A DNA stretch of 64,000 nt. Source: an uncultured Solirubrobacteraceae bacterium. Its GTDB lineage: Bacteria; Actinomycetota; Thermoleophilia; Solirubrobacterales; Solirubrobacteraceae. The position numbers and the translations under genes are program-made. Below the pieces are notes generated by a model that did no database searches, was not told the origin of the DNA, and saw nothing but the letters and a program-made list of their open reading frames with translations. This document shows, piece after piece, positions 1 to 7,868 of the stretch; within the stretch, counting starts at the first letter, position 1, and each line of letters starts with the position of its first letter. Where the stretch lies: positions 102,681 through 166,680 of the forward strand of contig CAZPQW010000005.1 in the NCBI GenBank assembly GCA_964588985.1. The letters run 5' to 3'.

Positions 1-1460
1 TCCTCCGCCGGCCGATCCGCCAGCTCGTGCCCGCGACCCTCGTGCGCGCGCGCCTGCACCAGCTCCCACCCCGGGCTTTCGCGTGTGTCCAGCAGCTTGC
101 CGGGATGGAAGTCCACGCGCGGGGTCACCGGGCGCGGCACGAAGTAGCCCAACGCCACCTGACCCGCGATCCGCTCCGCCGAGCCGAGCCGGCGCACGAC
201 GTCCTGCCCGCGCGGGTCCTGCTCGATCTGCTCCTGCAGCCGCTCGATCAGGTCGTCGATCAGCAGCGCCCCCTCCTCGCTCGAGGCGACCGCGCGCTTC
301 TGGTGGGAGACCATCCCGTGGAAGATGTCGCCGGTCGGATGCATGCCTTCGCCGCCGGTGCTCATCAGGCGCGCCATCAGCTGGCGTCTGCAGGTGACGT
401 GTGCGACCCACTCCGCACCGCACACCTGTACCGAGGTCATGCCCTCCAGGCCCGGCGCCGCCATCCAGTACGCGAGCGCGCGCATGTGCTGGGTGGGCAG
501 ATCGTCGCCGCGCACGAGCGGGAATTCGTCGAAGTCCTCGCGCTCGGTTGGGTAGATCACCACGCCGTCCTCGCGCCGGCGCAGCAGCCCTTCGCGCAGG
601 CCGCACGCGGTCAGCTCGGCCGCCTCGGAGAGGAAGTCCGACTCGAAGAACACGCGGTCGAAGGCGATTCCCAGCCGCTGCAGCGTCTTGCGCTGCCCCG
701 CGATCACCCACGCGCGCGTCTTGTACCAGAGCTCCAGCGCCTCGCGGTCCCCGGAGAGCACTCGCCGCAGCAGCTGGTCGGCGTCGTCGTCGCGCATCGT
801 CAGCTCGCGCGTGAGGGAGTCCTCGGGCTGCTCGGTGGAGCCACCGTTGAAGGATCGGCCCGCCGCGACGTACTCGGCGTAGCAGCAGCCCACGAAGTGG
901 TCGCTCTTCTCGTTGCGGTCCGGCCACGCCTGCGCGTGGCGGCCGCTCTTCATCACCCCGGCCATCGCCTCGCCCATGCTGCGCCCGGCGTCTGAGATCA
1001 GCGCGCGGCGCTCGACCTGGCCGCCGGCCTGGGTCAGGGCCGCGGCGAGCGCGTTGCCGATCGCGAGGTTGCGCAGGTGCCCGACGTGCAGCGCCTTGGT
1101 CGCGTTGGCGTCCCAGAACTGCACCGAGAAGCGTCGCCCGCGCGCGAGGTCGGAGAGCCGCTCCTCGCCGCTGTCGCCTTCCCGCAGCGCGGTCCCCTGA
1201 GTTTCGATCCAGTCGTCTGACAGCCGCAGCTCCACGCCCGCGTCGGTGCGCGTCGCGCGCTCTACCCACGGCTCGCGTTCGATCCGCTCGAGCGCGTCGA
1301 GCGATGCCGCGTCATCGCGCCAGACGGGTGAACGTGGGACGAGCTTGACGTCGAAGCGGGCGTTCGGACGCAGCGGCGTGCGGGCAGCCCACAGTCCGCC
1401 CGTCTCGCCCTGCTCGGGCAGTTCCTCGAAGTAGTCGAAAAGGTTGGTGGCCGTCAGCAT
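1..1460 (-). CDS. Divergent arginyl-tRNA synthetase paralog (class I aaRS), 3' end runs off the window
   Basis: Manual translation from ATG at 1460 is open to the window edge (486 codons; absent from the ORF track). MLTATNLF...SVQFWDANATKALHVGHLRNLAIG (HIGH motif), NEKSDHFVGCCY, LGIAFDRVFFESD, RGDDLPTQHMRALAYW, QVCGAEWVAH and FHGMVSHQKRAVASSEEG are collinear with ArgRS motifs. Confidence 0.9.
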   Translation of the reverse strand, partial: MLTATNLFDYFEELPEQGETGGLWAARTPLRPNARFDVKLVPRSPVWRDDAASLDALERIEREPWVERATRTDAGVELRLSDDWIETQGTALREGDSGEERLSDLARGRRFSVQFWDANATKALHVGHLRNLAIGNALAAALTQAGGQVERRALISDAGRSMGEAMAGVMKSGRHAQAWPDRNEKSDHFVGCCYAEYVAAGRSFNGGSTEQPEDSLTRELTMRDDDADQLLRRVLSGDREALELWYKTRAWVIAGQRKTLQRLGIAFDRVFFESDFLSEAAELTACGLREGLLRRREDGVVIYPTEREDFDEFPLVRGDDLPTQHMRALAYWMAAPGLEGMTSVQVCGAEWVAHVTCRRQLMARLMSTGGEGMHPTGDIFHGMVSHQKRAVASSEEGALLIDDLIERLQEQIEQDPRGQDVVRRLGSAERIAGQVALGYFVPRPVTPRVDFHPGKLLDTRESPGWELVQARAHEGRGHELADRPAE

Positions 1461-1468
1461 CTTGGTGA

Positions 1469-1488
1469 GGTCGGCGGTGGAGCCGACC
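1469..1488 (-). other. GC-rich hairpin between the tRNA 3' end and the aaRS start codon
   Basis: Minus strand GGTCGGC-tccacc-GCCGACC, 7-bp perfect stem. Confidence 0.6.
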
Positions 1489-1490
1489 GA

Positions 1491-1563
1491 TGCACCAGCC
1501 GGGGCTCGAACCCGGATCGACGGCGTTTAAGGCCGCTCCCTTAACCGATTAGGGCACTGGTGC
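1491..1563 (-). tRNA. Atypical tRNA, anticodon UAA (reads UUA), short variable loop, CCA not encoded
   Basis: Minus strand folds as a full cloverleaf: GCACCAG TG CCCT AATCGGTTA AGGG A GCGGC CT-TAA-AC GCCGT CGAT CCGGG TTCGAGC CCCGG CTGGTGC A (73 nt). U8, A14, G18G19, U33, purine 37 and TTCGA are all present. Confidence 0.93.
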
Positions 1564-1733
1564 TCAAAACCCGACAGCAACCAGCCGAGCTTCCGGTTTG
1601 GTTTGCGTAGTCGGGCTGCGGGGAGCACCATAAGGCTCGTCGTGGAGAACCGCACACTTCGAAAAACACCGGTAGGACAAGCCTCCAATACACAGGCAGG
1701 AAGGCCATTTTGAGCATGCACGAGGAGCAGCAC

Positions 1734-3137
1734 ATGTCTCTGTCTCTCCCCCCTGGCCCACGCATGCCGAGCGCGCTTCAGGCGCTCGGCTGGGCGCTGC
1801 GACCGCTGCCGTTCATGGAGCGCTGCAACAACCATTACGGTGAAATCTTCACCCTGCGCGTTCGTCGCGGTCGTCCCTGGGTTGTCCTCACGGATCCGGC
1901 GGATGTCAAGCTGCTGTTCACGACCGACGCGAGCGCGGTGCGCGCGGGAGCGGTCGCGGCCAGCCCGGTACTCGAGCCGCTGCTGGGCTCACGGTCGGTG
2001 ATGCTGCTCGACGAGCCCGAGCACATGACACACCGCAAGCTGATGCTGCCCGCGTTCCGCATCACGCGCATGAGCGCCTATGACAACCTGATCACCCGCG
2101 TGGCCCGTCGAGAGATCTCGAAGTGGCCGATCGGCGAGCCGTTCGCGCTGTGGCCGCGCATGCAGGCGATCACCACAGAGGTGATCCTCCGCGCCGTGTT
2201 CGGCCCTCTGGAGGAGCCCCGGTTGGAGCATCTGAGCGGCCTGCTGAGACAGATGACCGCGCAGCTGAACGATCCGCGCCGCCTGGCGATCCTGACCGCC
2301 GTGGGCCCGGGGCGACTCTCTCACAGCGAGCGACTTCGCTCGGTGATGCGCCCGGTGGAGAGCGCGGTGCTCGAGGAGGTGCGCCGACGGCGTGCTTCAC
2401 CCAACGGCGCAGCCTCGCAGGACATCCTCGCGATGCTCGAGCGCGCACACGACCAGGGTGGCTCGCCGATGGACGAGAAGCAGGTGCGCGACGAAGTCCT
2501 CACACTGCTCTCCGACGGTCCGACCGCCACCTCGCTCGCGTGGGCATTCGAGTGCCTCATGCGCCATCCCGAGAAGCTCGCCCGACTGCGCAAGGAGGCC
2601 CTCGCGGGTCGCGAGTACAGCTATGCGGACGCGGTCGCCAAGGAGACGCTGCGCCTGTGCCCGGTGGTGCCCCTGGTGATGCGCGAGCTGACCCAGCCGA
2701 TGCGCATCCGCGGCTACACGCTGCCCGCGGGAGTCATCGTCGCCGCGGGCGTTTACCTGATTCACCGTCGCGAGGACATCTATCCGCAATCGCGCACTTT
2801 CCTACCTGAGCGCTTCCTCGACCAGAACGCCCCCACCTACGCGTGGATTCCCTTCGGCGGAGGAGTGAGACGCTGCCTCGCGGCCAACTTCGCCCAGCTC
2901 ACGATCAGGCGAGTGATGCAGACCGTGCTCACCGAGGTGGACCTGCAGGCGGTCTCCACATCCGGATCCGAGCACGCGGCGAGAAGCTCAGTCGCGTTCG
3001 TCCCCAACGAGCAGGCGATGGCGATCGTCACTCGACGGATCGGATCTCCCACCGACGAGCGGCTCGAGGATCCGGTCGGCGACGAGACCGAGCGAGCCGA
3101 GGGTCGAGAATCCGGGGCCCTGGCCGAGGCCGGCTAG
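1734..3137 (+). CDS. Cytochrome P450 with atypical I-helix
   Basis: LPPGP N-terminus, ExxR (ETLR), PERF, heme motif FGGGVRRCLA. RBS GAGGAG precedes ATG 1734. Confidence 0.93.
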   Translation: MSLSLPPGPRMPSALQALGWALRPLPFMERCNNHYGEIFTLRVRRGRPWVVLTDPADVKLLFTTDASAVRAGAVAASPVLEPLLGSRSVMLLDEPEHMTHRKLMLPAFRITRMSAYDNLITRVARREISKWPIGEPFALWPRMQAITTEVILRAVFGPLEEPRLEHLSGLLRQMTAQLNDPRRLAILTAVGPGRLSHSERLRSVMRPVESAVLEEVRRRRASPNGAASQDILAMLERAHDQGGSPMDEKQVRDEVLTLLSDGPTATSLAWAFECLMRHPEKLARLRKEALAGREYSYADAVAKETLRLCPVVPLVMRELTQPMRIRGYTLPAGVIVAAGVYLIHRREDIYPQSRTFLPERFLDQNAPTYAWIPFGGGVRRCLAANFAQLTIRRVMQTVLTEVDLQAVSTSGSEHAARSSVAFVPNEQAMAIVTRRIGSPTDERLEDPVGDETERAEGRESGALAEAG

Positions 3138-4334
3138 CCCGGGCACCTGCAGCAGCGGGCGCACGCCGCTGAGCTCCAGGAATCGAGCCATGTTCACTTC
3201 TTCGCGTTTGTCGCCTTCCCAAAGCGGCCCGGTCACCCGTTCGATCTCGCGCCGCGCCGGATCGGACAGCAGACTGCGCAGCTGCTCGAGCAGATCGAAG
3301 CCGGTCGAGTTGATCACGTAGTCGTGGCGCGCCGTCTCGGCGCCCGCGACCGACTCGTAGTTGACGCACACCCCCTCGCCGTTCGGAGCGGACGCGATGC
3401 GCTCGACGCGCCCGAGCACGAAGCGACAGCGCTCGTCCCACGCGAAGCGCGCGAGACGCTCCGGCCCGAATACTCCGCGATCGGTGTGATTGATGAAGTC
3501 GCGACGCGTATCGACGCTGAGCGTCTCCCAGGCGACATTGTCGGGATTGGAGAAGACGCGATTCTCCAAGAAGCTCTCCAGCCGACTCAGAGGCAGATTG
3601 GAGGTGTACACCGATATGTACGCGTCGGGACGCAGGTTGCGCACGAATTCGATGCAGCTGAGCGCGCTCTCCCCGCCACCCACGATCGCGATGTCGGAGC
3701 TCTGCTCGACCGGCGCGTGCGCGATCGCGATGCGCCCGCTGTCGCAGTCGAGCACGCGCTGCGCGATCTGGGGATCATGGGGGATGCCGCGATTGACCCC
3801 GGGGCCGGTCAGCGCGAACGCCCCGCACGCGTACTGGGACGCGGCGGGCGCACCGGCGACGTCCACGATCCAGCGTTCGCCGTCGTCGCTCAGCGACAGT
3901 CGTGCGACACGCCCGTTGACGAGCGTCACTCCCTCGGTGGCGCGAGTGAGCACCCACGCAAGGTATGCGCCGTATTCGCGGCGCTGCACGGACGGTTCGC
4001 CGGCGTCCACCCAGCGTGAGTAGTCGCCTTTCTCGATCAGGTAGCGATGCCAGGAGAACGCCATCGACGCGATGTCCACTTCCGCTCCGGCGGAGCCGAA
4101 CGCGCATGCGCTCTGGTACGGGTAGCCGACGTCTTTGGAGGGGGTGATCGCGAGCACCTCCCTGCTCGTGGTGATGCCGTTTCCGTCGACCCACGCGGCC
4201 GCCGGCCCGGTCGCCTCGACGAGCGTCATCCTGATCGGACCCAGGCCGAGACTGTTGAGCACGTGCACCTTCATCGCGATCGCGGTGCCCTTGGCTCCGG
4301 CGCCGACGACGAGCAGGTCGGTGTTGTTCACCAC
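2988..4334 (-). CDS. Flavin-dependent lysine/ornithine N-monooxygenase (MbtG/IucD/SidA family)
   Basis: VVGAGAKG FAD motif, TPSKDVGYPY, IVGGGESA NADPH motif, TDRGVF and GQGPGF, collinear with mycobacterial MbtG. GTG start at 4334 or 4331 inferred. Confidence 0.88.
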   Translation of the reverse strand: MVNNTDLLVVGAGAKGTAIAMKVHVLNSLGLGPIRMTLVEATGPAAAWVDGNGITTSREVLAITPSKDVGYPYQSACAFGSAGAEVDIASMAFSWHRYLIEKGDYSRWVDAGEPSVQRREYGAYLAWVLTRATEGVTLVNGRVARLSLSDDGERWIVDVAGAPAASQYACGAFALTGPGVNRGIPHDPQIAQRVLDCDSGRIAIAHAPVEQSSDIAIVGGGESALSCIEFVRNLRPDAYISVYTSNLPLSRLESFLENRVFSNPDNVAWETLSVDTRRDFINHTDRGVFGPERLARFAWDERCRFVLGRVERIASAPNGEGVCVNYESVAGAETARHDYVINSTGFDLLEQLRSLLSDPARREIERVTGPLWEGDKREEVNMARFLELSGVRPLLQVPGLAGLGQGPGFSTLGSLGLVADRILEPLVGGRSDPSSDDRHRLLVGDERD

Positions 4335-4413
4335 GTCGCAGATCCTCCGGTCGAAGCTTGTCGTGCTCTCGTGCAAACGGCACGCCGAGTTATAGGGAGA
4401 AGGGCGACGTGGC

Positions 4414-4992
4414 TCAATGTGAGACCGGAACGCTCCCCCCGCAGGTCGGGCAAACCACCGTGTTCGCGTCGGCATCCGGCGTGGACGGATCGCTCCCGTC
4501 GTTTCCATCACCGGCTTTGAGCGCACGGCGGCGGCCGCGCAGTTCCGCGCGGAGGTCCGCGACCGACAGTTTGTCGGCGCTCGCTCGCGCCAGCCAGTGG
4601 TCCTGGATCGCGACATCCAGCGCCGCGACCGTCGCGTGGTGACTCCAGGAGAGATTCTCCCTACGTCGGGAGATGTCGAAGCGCGACGCGACGTACACCA
4701 TGTTCATCAGGGATTGGACGTCGTATCCGGTGAGCTTCACCGCTCTCGTGTAGCGCTCGCCGAAGCGCGCGTTGCCGTAGTTGATCCAGTCGCCCAGCCA
4801 CCATTGGCTGCAGCGACCGATCTCGCCGAAGCGACGCCCCAACGCCGACCACTCGGCCAGGCCGACCTCGCCGCCGGGAACCCAGCCCACCTGTGTCAGC
4901 TCTGGAGTAGTCCGCGCCGGCCTCACATGAGGTCGTTCACGCGCAGTCGCTTGCCCGGCACCGTCTGTCGTCTGTGACAAGGCGGAAGTCAC
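4414..4992 (-). CDS. LmbU-family transcriptional regulator
   Basis: WWLGDWINYG..RFGERY..A...TGYDVQSLMN..YVASRF..SRRRENLSWSHHA.VAAL signature. Strong RBS GAGGAGG before GTG. Confidence 0.85.
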   Translation of the reverse strand: MTSALSQTTDGAGQATARERPHVRPARTTPELTQVGWVPGGEVGLAEWSALGRRFGEIGRCSQWWLGDWINYGNARFGERYTRAVKLTGYDVQSLMNMVYVASRFDISRRRENLSWSHHATVAALDVAIQDHWLARASADKLSVADLRAELRGRRRALKAGDGNDGSDPSTPDADANTVVCPTCGGSVPVSH

Positions 4993-5184
4993 TAAGGGGT
5001 CCCCCTCCTCGTTGGACCCCGAACTTCGCAGCGGCCGCGGGCTTTGTCAATCAGCCTCGCGAGCGACCTCGGACGAGCGTCACGCCGACGCCGTGTTTTC
5101 CCTACAAATCAAGGGAATTCGGCACATGAGAGGCAGGATGCAATCGGAGACATGGGTGCGGATGTGAAGAGAGAGACATTTGAG

Positions 5185-6486
5185 TCAGTCGTTCGCGGTG
5201 ACGGTCTCGAGCAGCTCCGCGAAGCGCTCACGCGAGCGCGCGCGGCGCGTCGGCAGGTGTTCGCTCGGCACACCGTCCGCGGGTGGCGCGTAGCCGTTGA
5301 GGATGTGGCGCGCGACGGACTGGCGGTGCACCTCGTCGGGACCGTCGTAGATGCGCGCGGCGCGCGCGAAACGATACATCTGCTCGAGCGGCAGGTCGGT
5401 GGAGTAGCCGAGCGAGCCGTGCAACTGCAGCGCCCGATCGACCACGTCGTGGAGCACCTTCGCGCCGTAGAACTTGATCAGCGCGACGTCGGTGCGCGCG
5501 GCGCTCGCGCCCTGTGTGTCCATCACCCACGCGGCGTGCAGCGTCATCAGGCGTGCGGCCTGCATCTCGGCGGCGCTGTCGGCGATCCAGTTCTGCACGG
5601 TCTGCTTCTGCGCGAGCAGCGAGCCGTGGGCTTCTCTATATGTGGCGCGCTCGCACATCATGTCGAACGCGCGGCGCGCGACCCCGAGCCAGCGCATGCA
5701 GTGGTGGATGCGCCCGGGCCCGAGGCGGTGCTGGGCGAGCACGAAGCCCTCGCCCTCGCCGCCGAGCAGCGCCTCCGGGCCGACGCGCACGTCGCTGTAG
5801 AGGATTTCCGAGTGCCCGCCGTAGCCGCCGAAGTGCTCCGCGGGGTGCTCCATCGTGGGGACGTCGCGCACGATGTCGACGCCCGGCATGTCACTCGGGA
5901 CGATGAACATGGACGCGCGCTGCGACGGTCGCGCGTCGGGGTTGGTGACGGCCATCACGATCAGGAAGTCGGCGATCGAGCCGTTGGAGGAGAACCACTT
6001 CTTGCCGTCGAGCACCCAGCCGTCGCCGTCGCGCACCGCGCGCGTCTTCAGCTGCGTGGGGTCGGAGCCCGGCGTGTGCGGCTCGGTCATCGAGAACGCG
6101 CTGCGCAGGTCGCCCGCGAGCAGCGGGTGCAGCCAGCGGTCCTTCTGCTCGGGCGTGCCCGCCATAGCGAGGATCTCCGAGTTGCCGGAGTCCGGCGCGG
6201 CGTTGCCGAACGCGAGCGGCGCGATCGGCGAGGTGCCGAGGATCTCGTGCATCAGCCCGAGCTTCACCTGCCCCATCCCCTGGCCGCCGAGCTCGGGCGG
6301 CAGATGCGTCGCCCACAGCCCGCGCGCCTTGACCTGCTCCTGCAGCGGCGCGATCGCACGGCTGAGGCCATCGAGACCCAGCTCCGGCCAGATCGCCTCC
6401 AGCGGCCAGATCTCGGTGCGCACGAACTCCGCCATCCAGTCGAGCTGCTCCTGGTAGTCGGCGTCGGTGGAGAAGTCCCAGCTCAT
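5185..6486 (-). CDS. Acyl-CoA dehydrogenase
   Basis: FSMTEP..GSD, GKKWFSSNG, RLGPGRIHHCMR, RIYDGPDEVH. Start MSWDFST. Confidence 0.93.
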   Translation of the reverse strand: MSWDFSTDADYQEQLDWMAEFVRTEIWPLEAIWPELGLDGLSRAIAPLQEQVKARGLWATHLPPELGGQGMGQVKLGLMHEILGTSPIAPLAFGNAAPDSGNSEILAMAGTPEQKDRWLHPLLAGDLRSAFSMTEPHTPGSDPTQLKTRAVRDGDGWVLDGKKWFSSNGSIADFLIVMAVTNPDARPSQRASMFIVPSDMPGVDIVRDVPTMEHPAEHFGGYGGHSEILYSDVRVGPEALLGGEGEGFVLAQHRLGPGRIHHCMRWLGVARRAFDMMCERATYREAHGSLLAQKQTVQNWIADSAAEMQAARLMTLHAAWVMDTQGASAARTDVALIKFYGAKVLHDVVDRALQLHGSLGYSTDLPLEQMYRFARAARIYDGPDEVHRQSVARHILNGYAPPADGVPSEHLPTRRARSRERFAELLETVTAND

Positions 6487-6592
6487 GGCGTGGCGTCCTT
6501 TCGTTCGGGGCCTGGCGGTGCTGTGCCTGCAAGCGTACGTGCTATCAACCCAAGCGCAACGCTTTCCACCATCTCGAACAAGGAGCCGCCAC

Positions 6593-6988
6593 ATGAGCAC
6601 CACCGAGCAGCTGGTCACGGGCGTCGACTTCGTCTCTGTACCCACCGGCGATCTCGCCGCCTCCGTCGAGTTCTACGGCGACACGTTGGGCCTGCGCCGC
6701 TCGGTGTACATGCCCGACCGCAACTTCGCGGAGTTCGAGACCGGCAACCTCACACTGAGTGTCGTTCACGCGGAGAAGATGGGGATCCCGCACTGCGTGA
6801 ACCAGAACGCGATCGCGCTGCACGTCGACGACGTCGAAGCGACCCGCGCGACGCTCGAAGCACGCGGCGTGAGCTTCCAGGGAGACACGTTCGACACGAG
6901 CGTCTGCCACATGGCGTTCTTCACCGACCCCTACGGCAACGCGCTGATGCTCCACCACCGCTACGCACCGCGCAACCCCGAGTCCTAG
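6593..6988 (+). CDS. VOC/glyoxalase family protein
   Basis: DLAASVEFYGDTLGL, ALHVDDVEA, FFTDPYGNALMLH. Confidence 0.88.
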   Translation: MSTTEQLVTGVDFVSVPTGDLAASVEFYGDTLGLRRSVYMPDRNFAEFETGNLTLSVVHAEKMGIPHCVNQNAIALHVDDVEATRATLEARGVSFQGDTFDTSVCHMAFFTDPYGNALMLHHRYAPRNPES

Positions 6989-7052
6989 ACGCACCTACAC
7001 GTCGCCACCGCGCCCTTATATTGAGCGGATGGCTGGGCCCGGACCATTGGAG

Positions 7053-7868
7053 ATGTCGCTCCTGCCGGGAGCGCGCGAGCTGCTCGACGCGCACGCCGCG
7101 GCGCTGCCCCAGCGCGACGATCTTTGCGGCGCGTTCTGCGGCGCGCTGGCGCTGAGCGCGGCGGGGTTCCGCGAGCGCGGCGGGGAGCCCGTAGATCAGG
7201 ACGCGGTGGGGCTGGCCGCGGGGAGCATCGTGTCGACAGCCGGCGCGCGCGATCCGGGCACGCTCCCGCACGGCGAACCGGGCCGGCGCGACTACCGCCT
7301 GGCGATCCCCGAGATCGAGGACGCCGACGTGTCCGGCACGACGTGCTCGGGTGTGATCGACGCGATCGCGGAGCTCTCCGACGGCGCGCTGGAGGCGATC
7401 CCTTTCAGCGGCCCGTGGACGGCGGAGACGCTCGGCGGCCTCTACGACGTGGCCGCCGAGCTGAAGCGCCCGGTGACGTTGATCGCGAACTTCGCCACCC
7501 ACCACCTGTGGGGCGGGTCCGCTCGGTTCGACCAGCTGCTGGGCTATCTGCTCGACGGCGAGCGAGCAGGGCCTGAGCCGGACTGGCGCGTGGGCCACTT
7601 CGCGTGCGTGTTCGGACGCGTGCGCGGGCCGCGCGGGAACCTTTACGGCGTCGCCGACACCTACCCCGCGCTCGGCGACCATGGCGTGCACATGCAGCCG
7701 CAGGAGCGTCTCGCGGCGGCGCTCGAGCGGCGCGACATGCCGGCGGGCGGGATGATCGTGGTGGCGTTTGCCGACGACGCGGGCGCGATCCGCGCGGGCG
7801 CGGGCGCCGTGGGACTGAGCGAGGGCCTGTGGGACAACGGGACCGTGACGCAGGCGACGCTCGGGTGA
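7053..7868 (+). CDS. Hypothetical protein, possible papain-like (Cys-His-Asp) enzyme
   Basis: PQRDDLCGAF...VGHF...VADTYP spacing resembles C39/phytochelatin-synthase-like catalytic motifs. Its stop overlaps the next start (GTGA). Confidence 0.6.
   Translation: MSLLPGARELLDAHAAALPQRDDLCGAFCGALALSAAGFRERGGEPVDQDAVGLAAGSIVSTAGARDPGTLPHGEPGRRDYRLAIPEIEDADVSGTTCSGVIDAIAELSDGALEAIPFSGPWTAETLGGLYDVAAELKRPVTLIANFATHHLWGGSARFDQLLGYLLDGERAGPEPDWRVGHFACVFGRVRGPRGNLYGVADTYPALGDHGVHMQPQERLAAALERRDMPAGGMIVVAFADDAGAIRAGAGAVGLSEGLWDNGTVTQATLG

Noticed and set aside
27-995. 322-aa plus-strand ORF
   Set aside because: Antisense shadow of the ArgRS paralog, with no recognisable motifs.
1499-1515. 16/17 match to the tRNA-Phe T-arm as a distant att site
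   Set aside because: It is the T-arm of a separate complete tRNA with different acceptor and anticodon arms.
1491-1563. Reading the tRNA as an ochre suppressor (anticodon UUA)
   Set aside because: The GCGGC/GCCGT stem fixes the loop as C-U-UAA-A-C, so positions 34-36 are UAA.
2988-4334. Siderophore (mycobactin-like) cluster
   Set aside because: No NRPS/NIS, acyltransferase or iron uptake genes are in the window. It cannot be fully excluded beyond the left edge.
5044-7155. 703-aa plus-strand ORF and similar long Arg/Ala/Gly-rich ORFs (for example 40650-43931, 41492-44068, 47670-49319)
   Set aside because: Shadow frames typical of high-GC DNA, overlapping well-supported genes.
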